From contig NC_042997.1 in the NCBI RefSeq assembly GCF_006345805.1, positions 116,250,001 through 116,314,000 on the forward strand: a stretch of DNA of 64,000 nucleotides, given 5' to 3'. Source of the DNA: Octopus sinensis. Taxonomy: Eukaryota. A program made the translations under genes and the position numbers. A model generated the notes under the pieces. That model had not been told where the DNA came from, did not search any database, and worked only from the letters and a program-made list of their open reading frames with translations. Shown here in pieces: positions 37,843 to 51,117 of the stretch. Position 1 is the first letter of the stretch. The number at the start of each line of letters is the position of its first letter.

Positions 37843-38509
37843 CTTACCCCACATCTATACACCTACTGTAGTTAAACTGAATATTTATTTTGCAACTCGA
37901 GTTTAACGCTGTTACAATCTTTCAGTTTCTGCTGTACATGGAATCATGGATTCAACTTACTTAGTGAAGTAACCAAAGAAGTTCCTAGCTCAAAATTAAA
38001 TCCTTTCACTGGCATTCTCTTACCCGAAGAAGATCCGTAACACATTACAACGGTTTGTTGTTAATATGATCGCCCATACCTAGATTTAGATAAATAAGTT
38101 GTGACAGCCGCAGAAGCCATGTGAATCCAATGTTTCATACATACACGCATAAACACATATATACATACATATATACATACGTACGTACGTACGTACATAC
38201 ATACATACATACATACATACATACATACATACATACATACATACGTACGTACGTACGTACATACATACACACATACATACGTACATACATACATACATGC
38301 ATACATACATAAATATGGGATATGTAACACACTGTATATTCCACTGTAATTTCGGGCCGATCAAAGCCTTGTGAGTGAAAGTGGTAGAGGAAACTAAAAG
38401 AAGTCCGTCGTAAATATGTATGAGTGTATATATATATATACACATACATGCATACTTACATATATATATATACACACACACATACATACATACATACATA
38501 CATACATAC

Positions 38510-38565
<56 letters not shown>

Positions 38566-38587
38566 CATATATATATATATATATATT

Positions 38588-39104
38588 TAACAATTAAGGA
38601 TAACTTCTTAATAAGGAATCTTAACAAGAAATTATCACGTAGTTAGCGTGAAAACCTCATAAAAGAAAAGAATTCGAAAATAATTTTTTTCTTTTGAACA
38701 AATTAATTATATCTATATTGTATAGAGGGCATTATTACACATAAATGCCTCACACTAAGAGGGACAAAGTCATTACTACCAAAATTACACTAATCATACC
38801 TAAATGCAGTTCCTCAAAGCAAGACATTTAAAAAATGAATTTAGTTCTGTATCACCGTGATTTCACATTTAACTTACGTCTTATGATCCTCAGCAGAACT
38901 GATTCTGAACACATCATAAATAAACCACCAACCTTACCTAGCGAAGACGACAAGACATCTATTCACTCCGGCCAAGCACATGGAATGTTTATAAATCATA
39001 TATTCGGTAAATGGCGGGCTTTTTTCAAATTAGTGTAATTTTGGTAGTAATGACTTTGTCCCTCTTAGTGTGAGGCATTTATGTGTAATAATGCCCTCTA
39101 TACA

Positions 39105-39109
<5 letters not shown>
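38588..39109 (-). mobile_element. Young PLE insertion in (TA)n with perfect 81-bp inverted repeat
   Basis: 38714-38794 is the exact reverse complement of 39029-39109. ~125-bp tail on the left, hammerhead in the spacer. Confidence 0.85.
38843..38900 (-). ncRNA. Type I hammerhead ribozyme motif
   Basis: aguucug-CUGAGGA-ucau...augu-GAAAU-cacggug-AUA-cagaacu: perfect 7-bp stem I, near-palindromic stem III, weak stem II. Confidence 0.75.
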
Positions 39110-39187
<78 letters not shown>

Positions 39188-39329
39188 CCCCGCTTGACAA
39201 CCAGTGTTGGTGTGTCTACGTCTTCGTAACTTAATGGTTCGGCAAAAGTGACCGATAGCATAAGTACCAGGTTTTTTTAAAAATAAGCTTTAGGGTCGAT
39301 TCGTTCAACTAAAATTCTTCGAGGACTCG

Positions 39330-41545
39330 CCAGGGTCGAGTTTGAAGATGAGGTGGAGAGGTGAATCGAGGAAGGGGTCCTTGTCCCTTGGGAGTAGGAG
39401 GTAGCGAGCGGAGTGCTACCCTTGATGGCGGTGGTGCAGCCTACGAAGGGAAAAGTCAGACCGGTGCTGGACTTCAGGGAGCTAAGCCAGCATATATCGT
39501 GTCACACGGGAGGTGAGGCGACGGACGTTTGTGGCGAGACGTGACGTGCGTGGAGACAGTCGACCAAGGCAGCAACGATTGTGGACTTGAAATCGGCATA
39601 CTTGCAGCTCGATGTGAGCGACAAACTGTGGCGATATCAGCTGTTGTGGTACAAAGGCCGGACGTACTGCTTAACCGGGCTGGGTTTCGGACTGAATTCC
39701 GCTCCGAAGATCATGGCAGCAGTGCTTAAGTCCGTCCTAGGGAAAGACGGCAAGATTAGAAAGGCCACCAGCTCCTACATTGACGACATTTTGGTGGACG
39801 AAACTGTAGTGCCAGCCAACGAGGTAGTTAGACATCTGGAGAAGTTCGGACTGATTGCGAAGCCGCCGGAGTCGATGGAAGGGGGAGCTGCACTGGGGCT
39901 GAAGCTGCGAAGAGATAGATCGGGTGAGTTGATGTTCCGGAGAAGGAATGAAATCTCAGAGCTGAGTTCCAGCGTCAGCAGGAGAGAGCTGTTCTCGGTG
40001 TGTGGGAAGTTGGTCGGTCACTACCCGATCGCTGGATGGTTACGCACGGCGTGCAGTTACACCAAGAGACGAGCGGAGGGGGAGAGTTGGGGCGACAAGG
40101 TGGGAGAAGGGACGGTGGCGATGATGCAGGAAATCCTAGAGAGGACGAGAGCGGAAGACCCGGTCAGGAGGAACTGGTACGTGCCCAAGACGGAATGCGG
40201 GACCGTCTGGTGTGATGCTAGCAGTATAGCGATAGGGGTTGTGTTGGTGATCGAAGGGGCTGCGGTGGAGGACGCGGCCTGGTTTCGGAAGCAGATGACT
40301 TCAACCACATCAATGTCGCCGAATTAGACGCGGTGCTGAAAGGGGTGAACTTGGCCCTGAAATGGGGGCTGCGCACAATTGAAATCCGGACGGATTCGGC
40401 CAATGTGCTTGGCTGGGTAGGATCGGTGATCACAGGTGAAAGGAGAGTTCGGAGGAAAGGTGCCGCGGAGATGTTGGTGAAGCGTCTTCTACGAGTTCTA
40501 GGAGAATTGATTGCCGAGTTCGGACTGAAGCCGAACGTGGTTTTCGTGCCTTCGGAGAAAAACAGGGCGGGCGCATTGACCAGGGTGAAAAGGGCGTGGC
40601 TGGAGGAACCGGATGGAGGCCCAGAAAGGGATAGCTGCAGCGTGTCGGTTGGATTACTCTAAACTGAAGAGACTGCATGCTATGCATCACTTGGGTGTGG
40701 GCAGGACCCTGTATCTGGCGAAGAAAATTGATGCTGACGTCACTAGAAGCATCCGGAAAGTGGTCGGGAGCTGCGATAGGTGTCAGTCCATTGACCCTGC
40801 TCCGTGTGGGCATGAGCAGGGAAACCTTTCGGTGGAACACAACTGGAAAAGGCTGGCTGTGGATGTGACGCACTACCGTCAGAGAATGTATCTCTCCATG
40901 GTCGACTGCGGGCCAGGCCGGCTGGCCATTTGGAGGGAGTTGAGAACGGGCATTGCGCAGATCTTGAACGGGATATTTTTAGAGAGAGGTCTCGTGGAAG
41001 AACTGCTAATGGACAACGGGGCGGCGTTTCGTTCGGAAGCATTGAGGGATATGCTTGACCGGTGGAAGGTGCGTCGCTTGCTCAGAGCAGCGTATAGGCC
41101 GAGCGGTAACGGGATCGTAGAGAGGCACCATCGGACAGTCAAGGCCATAGCGGAAAGAGGGAACATTTCGCCGCTTGAAGCAGTTTTTTGGGGAAAACTT
41201 GTCTCCCCGATCCAGACAAGCTGAAGAATATGTGCCGCAGAGAGCTGTATTTAAATATGAATGGAGGCACCCGAGTAAAGCGCCGGAGGGCCACGAGGAA
41301 GAGAAGGGACCCCCTTACGTGAAAATAGGGAAGGAAGTCTGGGTTAAGCCACCGAAGGCGCGCTGTACGTCTCAATGGAGCAGAGGAACAATTCCAGAAA
41401 CAACGTCTCCGTGGATGGAATGCCGCGACACGTCTTGGACCTTCGCAGGATTGTCGCTTCGACGGACGACGATTGTGGAGAGGGGGAGAACGAGGTGCCT
41501 AGCTTGAGAAGATCTCGACACGCGAGGCGCCCTCCCGGTTAGATG
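39330..41545 (+). pseudogene. pol: pol polyprotein (RT, RNase H, integrase), several frameshifts
   Basis: KGKVRPVLDFREL; DLKSAYLQ..FGLNSAP..YIDDIL; VWCDAS..AEL..IRTDS; HAMHHLG..CDRC; AVDVTH..MDNG..GNGIVER (ORFs 39581, 40333, 40613, 41175). Confidence 0.9.
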
Positions 41546-41597
41546 GTGGACTACGACATGGAGTAGAGAAATTGTGATCTTTAAGATCAGGGTGGCG

Positions 41598-41857
41598 TGT
41601 GGGATGACGTCAGCAGCTGGGGAGCTGACCGGAAGGGGCAGCAGTGACGCGCGCGCAGGTAGGGCAGCATTCGGTCTTTTCGATCGTGGTCGCCGAACGA
41701 GTAAGATGGGTCAGCGCGCTGTTAAGGTTGGGAGAAGCATCTGCTATTTCTAGCGTTCGGGTCGGGCTGTGTTGAGGGATCCATTACCGCTGAAGGGTCT
41801 CCATCTGAGCGAAGAGAAGGTAGGTACCTTTATTTCGAATCTCTCGCATACACCACA
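41598..41857 (+). repeat. 3' LTR, 260 bp
   Basis: Starts TGTGG after aagatcagggtggcg and ends CCACA where GC content drops. No second LTR in the window to confirm. Confidence 0.7.
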
Positions 41858-41864
41858 TATATGT

Positions 41865-42229
41865 ATTCTTTTATTTGTTTCAGTCATTTGACTGTGGCCA
41901 TGCTGAAGCACCGCCTTTAGTCGAGCAAATCGACACCAGGACTTATTCTTTATAAGCCTAATACGTAGTCTATCGGTGTCATTTGCCGAACCGCTAAGTT
42001 ACGGGAACGTAAACACACCAGCTTCGGTGATGTTGCGGGGACAAATACAGACACACAATATATATATACAACGGGCTTCTTTCAGTTTCCATCAACTAAA
42101 TCCACTCAAAAGGTTTTGGTCGGCCCGAGGCTATAGTAGAAGACACTTTTTCCCAAGGTGCCACGCAATGGGACTGAACCCGGAACCATGTGGTTGATAA
42201 GCAAGCTACTTACCACACAGCCACTCCTG
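41865..42229 (-). mobile_element. SINE family B, full length
   Basis: Colinear with 18289-18696. Confidence 0.9.
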
Positions 42230-42722
42230 ATATATATATATATATACACACACGTAAACACATACACTTATTTCAATACGGAGCAAATAATTCAGGAGAA
42301 AAAATGTTTTCGAAGATATTGACTCTAGGCGATTGCAGCCACCCCCTCCCCCACCCCCACAAAACAAAAAAAGCATTAGATAGCTGAATGATTAAAATTA
42401 ATCAAAGGACATACTAGGTATGTCTACTTGCTGGAAATAACGGTCAAGACTCTTATTTAAATTGCCAAAATACACTAATAACTACAGAAATTCTTCAGCT
42501 AAACACAAATATGTATACACACATGCACACACACACACGCACACACACACACATATATATGTATACACACACACGCGCACTCATACACACACATATATAG
42601 ATACATGTGCATTATATATATATGTATAGATATATTCACACACACACTTGCATTTACATACATACATATATACAAGCTCATATATATATATATATATATA
42701 CATACACACATACAAACATACA

Positions 42723-42757
<35 letters not shown>

Positions 42758-43579
42758 GCATACATACATGCATACATACATACATACATACATACATACA
42801 TACATACATACATACATACATACATACATAGACGCGCACAGAAATATATATACACACCCACACCTGTGTGTATTTTGTACGTGTCTAGAGTAACAAGTCT
42901 TTTTGATTTCAAAAGTAGTGACATATTTTTTTTCATAGTAATAAGCTAAAAATATATTCTTTCTGTTGTCATGACAACTATGCTTACGTCAATTGAAATT
43001 CTAGTGTCTCTTTTAGCGATCTAAGTCTCCAGGAACAATTTAAAAGAATCATGACGTCAGTTCCAGAGGATTTTACCAAGGTTGCACGGAATCTCTTGTT
43101 AGATATAATAAAAGCAGTTATTCGTAGCATTAAGTTTTTCGTCTCGTCATTTGACGTTCTTCGATACACGTTGGTCACGCAAACATCCGAAATCTTCAAT
43201 TATAAAGCCATTACAGTTTTAGGAATCTTTATAGGAACATAGAATCGGTCCTTGTACTTAGCAGTTGATTTAAGTCTGATTTGACCTTTGACCACTAAAT
43301 ATTTTGAGACAACATGAGCGTCTCAATACGTATTCAGTCGTTTAGCTAAATATAGCCGCTACATTTCCCTTTTGCTTAATTCAGTGATTCAATTCCTGCC
43401 ATACTGTAGCACTGCCTTCATGCATTTTTGTCGAACAAATCGAACCCAGTATCTATTTGTAATTCTGGTACTTATTCTATCAGTCACTTTTATCGAACCG
43501 CTATAAGTATTCGATGGACTTCCTCACAGTTTCCGTCTATTAAATTCACTCATAAGTCATTGGTCGACCCGGGATTATA

Positions 43580-43900
43580 CAGGTACCGAAGCTCTTATCT
43601 GGAATCCAGAAATTCGACTATTTTTGAAGGTGGCAAGCTTTGAATTTCGCGGGCTGTAGTAGTTCGCTGGGCGGTCGTTTTGTTTTGGTTTCCGTCGCGC
43701 ATGCACCACCCAACGCCAGATCAAACCGACCCTGCTTTAGAAATGTATTAATTTGTATATTTTATACAATTTTGTTCTGTACTTTTCGTTGTTTATTTTA
43801 TATTTTCGGTATATATTTAGCCGGTGTCCAGAAACCCTGAAAATCGAGATATCCAGATCGCCTCCGGATAAAAAGTTGGCGGATAAAAATTTCGGTACTT
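43580..43900. mobile_element. MITE nested in a SINE B copy (43425-43990)
   Basis: TA | caggtaccgaagctcttatc ... gataaaaatttcggtactt: imperfect TIRs. The SINE B sequence is split at ggattata / agaatactttgccc. Confidence 0.65.
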
Positions 43901-44344
43901 AGAATACTTTGCCCAATTTCCCACGCAGTGAATCTGAACATACAACCACGTGGTCGTAAAGCGAGCTTCCTAACCACACAGCCACGCCTGGTTATGCACG
44001 AAAGAGCTGAAAGGTCACTGCTGGAATTGTGTGATCAGAGATCTGTTGTTGACCATAGTCAGGGCTCACTCGAGGTTAAACAACACAAACAACAAGTTGA
44101 GCGTTTTACCCGTTGCTCTTACAATTCTGATAATCTATCGCTTATACCCAAAAATGATTTGGTCTATTTTCACGAAGAATTGGCTGCTATTTCTAGCAGG
44201 CCAAGTCAATAGGTATGGGACTTCCTAGTCGTATGAAAAAGTATGTTTAGTTATTATGTCTTATGTTCTGAGTTCAAATCCCTCCGAATTCAAATTTGGA
44301 GCGTATTGGTCAATAAGAGTTCAATGTAGAGGTATCAGATAATA

Positions 44345-44510
44345 CAGTTCTATATTTGAGAGATGAGCAATTATGTACATTATTTACATTATTTACATTT
44401 GATGAATATTTGTCCTCATCTTGTTTGTTGTTAACACAACTTTTCGGCTGATATACCCTCCAGCCTTCATCAGGTGTCTTGGGGGGAAATTTCGAACCTG
44501 GATTCTCATT
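44345..44510 (-). mobile_element. PLE pLTR fragment with minimal hammerhead (44433-44478)
   Basis: gacac-CUGAUGA-a-ggcug-(10 nt)-cagcc-GAAA-aGUU-guguu. The expected GAAAC is GAAAA, so probably inactivated. Confidence 0.75.
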
Positions 44511-44535
44511 CGATGTTGTTGTTGTTATCATCATC

Positions 44536-44624
44536 ATTCAGTAGTTTTATTTTTATAACGTGCTTTCACTTCACTACCGAGCGCAGCTCTGTGTGCCTTG
44601 GGTATGTGTTGTGATTTGTTGTGA
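44536..44624 (-). mobile_element. Dong-like family 1, 3' UTR only
   Basis: Matches 60028-60117. Confidence 0.85.
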
Positions 44625-44653
44625 TTATTATCATTATTATTATTATTATTATT

Positions 44654-45207
44654 GAGTGAGAGAGCAGTGCATGCCATCAAAGTGACACTGGGGTAAAATA
44701 TACGAAGCCCAATATACCCATCATGACTACCCGTCTGATAAGGGTACACCAGGCACATGCATCACAACCATATGTGCGCGACATACTGATCTCATATCAA
44801 GATAAACAGCACATGACCTTGCAGGTGGGGCCAGTTAGAATTTTCTTCAGGTTGAGTAGCCCATCCCGCTCAAACGGTCCCTGAATAAGGGTTGTTTAAG
44901 GATGTTGAAAAAACCACCCATGTTTCCAGAGGTGAATTATTCAAAACCCAAAGAATCCCTCTCAACACATGGCCATGATGCTCCCCCACTACTTCTGCTC
45001 GTGATCAGAGATGCACATATTGTCAGCCACTAAGGGACATGCTCAACTGGTTAAGGTCAAACAACTGACAAGCAAATCTGTGGTATTGAGCAGAATATTT
45101 GCTGTTGCCCGTCTTTTATACCAAGACAAAACAATGTACATAATAACACTTCCAATCAGTTAAGATCAGAAGCCATGAGAGCCACTGCCTGGTACTGCAT
45201 CAGGGCA
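44654..45207 (-). mobile_element. ~550-bp (TAA)n-flanked element, copy 3
   Basis: Same termini as copies 1, 2 and 4. Confidence 0.85.
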
Positions 45208-45211
45208 ATTA

Positions 45212-45553
45212 AAAAAGGGTAAAGACCCCCTTCGGTCATGAATGACCATGGGATTGCACCTAGAAAGTTACCCTCATAGACACAAGTCCGGGCAAGGTTG
45301 TTTATGGAAGACCAGCAGTCGCCCATGCATACCAACCTCCCCTCTCCACGCCACCAGTGTTATCCAAGGGAAAGACAAAGGTCGATACAGCTTGGCACCA
45401 GTGACGTCGCAACTCATTTCTACAGCTGAGTGAACTGGAGCAACGTGAAATAAAGTGCCTTGCTCAAGAACACAACACGCAACCCGGTCCGGGATTCGAG
45501 CTCACAACCTCACGATCGTAAGCTCGACGCTCTAACCACTGAGCCATGCGCTT
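45212..45553 (-). mobile_element. tRNA-derived SINE family D (V-domain-like), full length with 12-bp TSD
   Basis: gcgcatggctcagtggttagagcgtcgagcttacgatcgtgagg...tcgaatccc head and gtgttcttgagcaaggcactt domain. TSD tcagggcaatta at 45200-45211 and 45554-45565. Confidence 0.9.
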
Positions 45554-45561
45554 TCAGGGCA

Positions 45562-45607
<46 letters not shown>

Positions 45608-45721
45608 TATTATTATTATTATTATTATTATTCAAGTCACTGCCTGGAATCGAACTCAGAATTTTGCAATAAAACTGAACAATGACATACATACACACAT
45701 ACATACATTCACACATACATA

Positions 45722-45753
<32 letters not shown>

Positions 45754-46229
45754 GCATACCTACGTACGTACGTACGTACGTACACTACGATGACAAAAGG
45801 GGAACTCCGGTGTAGTTTTTATATTTCCTTGTATAGAGGTCTCATGTTCGAAGAAAAGACTACATCATTCCGACCTCGCAGTATTATGTTAAAAGCTGGC
45901 TGTAGAACTATAGGCAATCTGCGGATGACATCCTTTTAGTAACAATGTCATTTGAAACACGAATCAAGACAATATTTCATCTAAAAGCTTTTATATTATT
46001 AACGTGTAAAATTAATTCCATTACCGTTTCACCTGAAACACTTTATCTACAGCCACCGAATATTCACTCCGCAGGAACACACGATATATCGGTGACCTAA
46101 GACATAGACTGTCGTTTTCAACCATCGTGTCTTATGGCAACGTCATAAAAACACATGCGCAAACACATCCGTATATACGTCTCTGCTTGTACGTGTGTGT
46201 GTGTGTGTGTGCGTGTGTGTGTGTGCGCG

Positions 46230-46262
<33 letters not shown>

Positions 46263-46400
46263 TTGTGTGTGTATATATATATATATGTGTGTTTGTTGTG
46301 TGTGTGTATATATATGTGTTTTTTTGTGTGTATATATATATGTGTGTGTGTGTTTGTTGTGCGTGTGTTTGTGTGTATGTGTATATATGTGTGTTTGCTT

Positions 46401-46467
<67 letters not shown>

Positions 46468-46894
46468 ATATATATATGTGTGTTTGTTGTGTGTGTGTTT
46501 GTGTATGTGTGTGTATATATATGTGTGTTTGATGTGTGTGTGTTTGTGTGTGTGTGTGTTGTGTGTGTGTGTGTGTGTTTGTTGTGTGTGTGTCTGTCCG
46601 TCTGTGTGCGTCTGTCTGTCTGTGTGTGTCTGTCCGTCTGTGTGTCTCTGTCTCTGTTCTGTCTGTGCATGCATGCATACACACACATAACGCAAGCGCA
46701 CATATTGCCACGCATAATTGAACTCACATGATTTATGTAATTCATTAAGGAGATATATTTCTATATTCTAGTAGTTTGGAATATATTTCATTCAATTTAT
46801 ATATGTGTGTATGTATGTTTGAACGTATGTGTATGTATGTATGTATATATATATATATGCGTACATATACGTATGCATACGCAAATATATGCAT

Positions 46895-47005
<111 letters not shown>

Positions 47006-47781
47006 TCTTATGCCATAAACATATATATGTATACACACACACACACATACACACACACACACACACACATATATATAATGTTCTTATGCCATATACATAT
47101 ACATATATATGTTCGTGTATGTCTGTGTGTATGTTGTGTATGTATACCCATTTATGTATGATGAATAAAAATACGCTGTCGGCAATAAAAGTGATATTAA
47201 ATTAAACTAGCTATCAATGTATCATACTTAATGTAAACAGGGAAATTAACTGTTGTATTAATACAGAGATAGAATCTCTTGTGGACGCGCTGTATTTAAG
47301 AACACAATATATATCAGGAGGTAACACCAGATGCATTTCAGCCACGTTGGGCTTTATTAATAGCGTGTACTCACAGCCAGCAATATGCTCAGACGAGATT
47401 TGTGGCCTCTGATATATAGGAGACAAGGATTAAAATAGTCACCGGTATTGTGAATAGCCACCCGGTTATTTTTATTTAAAATGACTTCTTTTATACGTAA
47501 CGAATTTTTACTCTGTTGGGTCGGATATTTCTTTATTTCATAGATGAAGTTACATATGTGACACAATGATCCAGAGTTTCATGCGATTACACATCTAATA
47601 AGTGGTGTCACACGAAACTGTGCGTAGCTTTAAAACGGATAATAGTTATATACAAACACGCACACATACACACATATATATGTATGCATATATATACACA
47701 TATACATACAAACATACTACATACGTACGTACATACATATAGACATACACACACACATACACACACACACACACATATATA

Positions 47782-47828
<47 letters not shown>

Positions 47829-48659
47829 CGTTAGTCTTTTTTTAGTTTTCACTCATAAGGCTTTGATCAGTCTGAGACTATAGTAGAAGACACGTGACAA
47901 GGAGCTACGCAGTGGGACTGAACCCGTACCCATGTCGTTGGGAAGCCAAATTCTTACTATACAGCCATACTTGTGCCTATTATATTTTCAGGCGAATGTT
48001 TCATGGGCTGTGTTATCTGAAGTTATTCTGGTTTTCAAGACAAGAAAGAGAGAGAGGGGGAGAGAGACAGACAGACAGAAAGACAGACAGACAGAAGACA
48101 GACTGACAGACAGACTGACAGACAGACAGAGAGAGAAAGAAAAGGATAGAAAATGAGAGAAAATTCAAACATTTGATATCAGCGTTGAATCAGCGATGTC
48201 AAATAGGCGGCGCCAAAACGGCTGTGCCAAAACGTCTCATACCTCATATGATTGCTTGTGTTGTTTGAAGTATTTTTGTTGAATTAATTTCATGTCAGCC
48301 CTGATCAAACCTAGACCTATGATAAAAGAAGTGTTCCAACCGTAACCATCCAGTCTGAGTCAGCAAGGCGAGAAAGATTTGAAAAAGGATTTAGCAATGA
48401 TTTTATAAAGTCAGACGAACAAGTAGAGCCACCCGGATAAGTATGTGTCAGTATTAATTCCTGCCCCAAAGTCTTAAGTTCAAACCCCTTCTAAGATCAG
48501 CGTTGTCTTTCAACCTTCCAGACGTACATTGATAGCGATCCAATTGCTAATGCTTATCTCTTAGAAATGTAACGGAAGAAATCACAAGATAATTAGAAAA
48601 AAATTCAACGCAGAAACCTGTTAAACTTAACAGGTAAAACTATTCAATTCAATTTATTC

Positions 48660-49050
48660 TTATACTCTTTGATTTTTTTTTTTACTTGTTTCAGTAATTT
48701 GACTGCAGCTATGCTGGAGTACCACTTTTAGTCGAACGAACCGACCCCAAGACTTATTTTTTGTAAGCCTAGTACTTATTCTATCGGTCTATTTTGCCGA
48801 ACCGCTACGTCACGGGGAAGTAAACACACCAACATCTGTTGTCAAGCGATGGTGGCGGTCAAACACAGACACACAAATCACACACATATATATGCGACGG
48901 GCTTCCTTCAGTTTCCGTCTACCAAATCCACTCACAAGGATTTGGTTAGCCCGGGGCTATTGTAGAAGACACTTGCTTAAGGTGCCACACAGAGGGACTG
49001 AACCCGGAACCATGTGGTTGGGAAGCTTCTTACCACGCAGCCACTCCTCC
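48660..49050 (-). mobile_element. SINE family B, full length
   Basis: Colinear with 18289-18696. Confidence 0.9.
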
Positions 49051-49207
49051 TCAATTCGTAATATTTATCTTCTAGAAATTTTTAACCTTGAGCCAACCGA
49101 AGAATTCACAGTTTGATCTCAGAAAACAAGAGTTGCAAAAAGCATCTACATCGTGAAACAGCAATTTTATAACATACAAAGTTATTAAAATACGCAAAGC
49201 AATTCAA

Positions 49208-49302
49208 TCTAACACACAGCTGTTAAGTTTAACACGCATAGCTGTTAATTTTAACACGTATAGCTGTTAAATTTAACACACAAAGTTGTTAAGTTTAACA
49301 CA
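49208..49302. repeat. ~22-bp minisatellite, 4-5 copies
   Basis: ttaacac(gc)atagctgttaa(g/t/a)t repeated. Confidence 0.85.
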
Positions 49303-50079
49303 GGACACTTTTAGATTCTAACAGAAATCTGTTAAATTCTATTTTAACTGAAATTTTGACACACCAAGAAATAAATCTAAAATGAATTTGACACCTTTAT
49401 GTGTTTTTAAACGGTTGGGTTGGCTCATTTACGATTCCAACAGTCTCAAATAAAGCTACTTGCAAGACAAATAACTGGGGTAAGGGAAGTAACTATAATA
49501 GACCAATGACAGAAAAACAACTGATTCAGATAGGTCATGTTTAGGATTAAGAAATATCAAACGATATAATAACCTCGCAATATTTTTAGCGATGTTGTGT
49601 ATTTACTATATTTTCTGGTAGCAATGAAAAGCCTTATTGTTCTCAACGCTGAAAGAAATGGTTGAAACTATTTTTTTAAACAAAAGACAGCTTATAAATA
49701 ACAGAAAATACATAAGTAATTATCGGTAAATATCAATATATCTTCTGACGATATACAATCATTTCATTCAATTGTTGTATCTATCTTTTGATAATAACGT
49801 GTTTAACACATTGACAGTGATTGGTTCAATGCTTTCTTAACATTTGATAGACAACACTGCATTAAGAAGTCTCAATTCTTGGTGTGTTTCATATAAAGAA
49901 ATTGAAATTCTAAGCGAATATCGATCGAAAGACAACGCTGTCTTAGTTTTTCTTATTATTTAGTAGTCTCGGCTATTTATTATTACTTTTTTTTTGTATT
50001 TTAATGAGGAGAAATAATCACAACATAAATTTTATTTTTACAAACATATTGATCTTCATTTAAAACTTATCATTCTAAT

Positions 50080-50294
50080 ATTCTTTTCTACTCTAGGTAC
50101 AAGGCACAAAATATTTGGGAAGGGGGCCAGTCGATTAGATCGACCTCAGTACGCAACTGGTACTTATTTCATCGACCACGAAAGTACGAAAGACAAAGTC
50201 AACCTCGGCGGAATTTGAACTCAGAACGTAACAGCAGACGAAATACGGCTACGCATTTCGCCCGGCGTGCTAACGTTTCTGCCAGCTCGCCGCC
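50080..50294 (-). mobile_element. SINE family A, full length
   Basis: Complete head, body and tail. Confidence 0.9.
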
Positions 50295-51021
50295 CTACCC
50301 TAGTTATAATATTACTATAGAATCGTTTCTACCTCTAACGTGTGTCACAATTTTATGATAGTTTCCTATAAACACAGTGAAATTGCGATGACCTTGTAGG
50401 AGTTACATCATACTACATTACCTCGCTGCTTTTAACCTGACGGTAAGTGCAGGAAGATATTAAGAATCTACTTAACAATTCTTACTTAATGCTATCTATT
50501 TTAGTTCTCAATGGTTTTTTAAATGAAATAACAGAAACAGAATAAAATAGTGTTGTATTATTTATCTTCTGCATCGAAGTTCCTACATGTTTTCTCATGG
50601 TTCAATAATGTTGTCAAAATAGTAAGCAGCTTTGAATTTCAGTCTTTGCGTATATGAGTTTGAGTTTGGGTATTGTAATTTATTTTTCTGGTGAGCTGAG
50701 AACATGAGCTTACGTATTCTAATTTTTATTTTATGTGATCCAGTGTTTTAAAGTATGCGTGTGTTAAGTTTTGTTTAGATGACCTGAGAGATTGGGAATT
50801 GCATTTCTACGAAAGAGCACTGTGGATTGATGTCAAATAGGATTGGAATAGTGGCTGACAAACCTTGTATGCTTTTAGTATAGTTGCATTTTGTTGTCAG
50901 ACTTGCTGCATTGTACAGTAGTTTCGTCCATTAAGATGAAATGATTATTTTTTAGAGAAAAAGAAGTGGAAAGACTGAGATGAGCGGAGAGAGAGACGGA
51001 GAGAAAGCGATACCTATTCAC

Positions 51022-51052
<31 letters not shown>

Positions 51053-51117
51053 CATACATACATACATACATACATACATACATACATACATACCTTACAT
51101 TACACACATACATACAT

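Larger units (their letters stand above)
39323..41857 (+). mobile_element. 5'-truncated, frameshifted Ty3/Gypsy LTR retrotransposon
   Basis: Abrupt GC-rich island with domain order RT - RNase H - integrase, then a purine-rich tract and a TG...CA LTR. Confidence 0.9.

Noticed and set aside
41826-41837. AATAAA only on the minus strand of the Gypsy LTR, suggesting an inverted LTR
   Set aside because: Purine tract position and TG...CA ends fit normal orientation, and a single hexamer is not informative.
42984-43242. Overlapping short ORFs with a minus-strand GTAAGC donor at ~42986
   Set aside because: No convincing acceptor and no recognisable protein.
48205-48245. Possible lone transposon end (ggcgccaaaacggctgtgccaaaacgtctcatacc), and a lone mariner-like end at ~24351
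   Set aside because: No partner TIR found in the window, so no element can be delimited.
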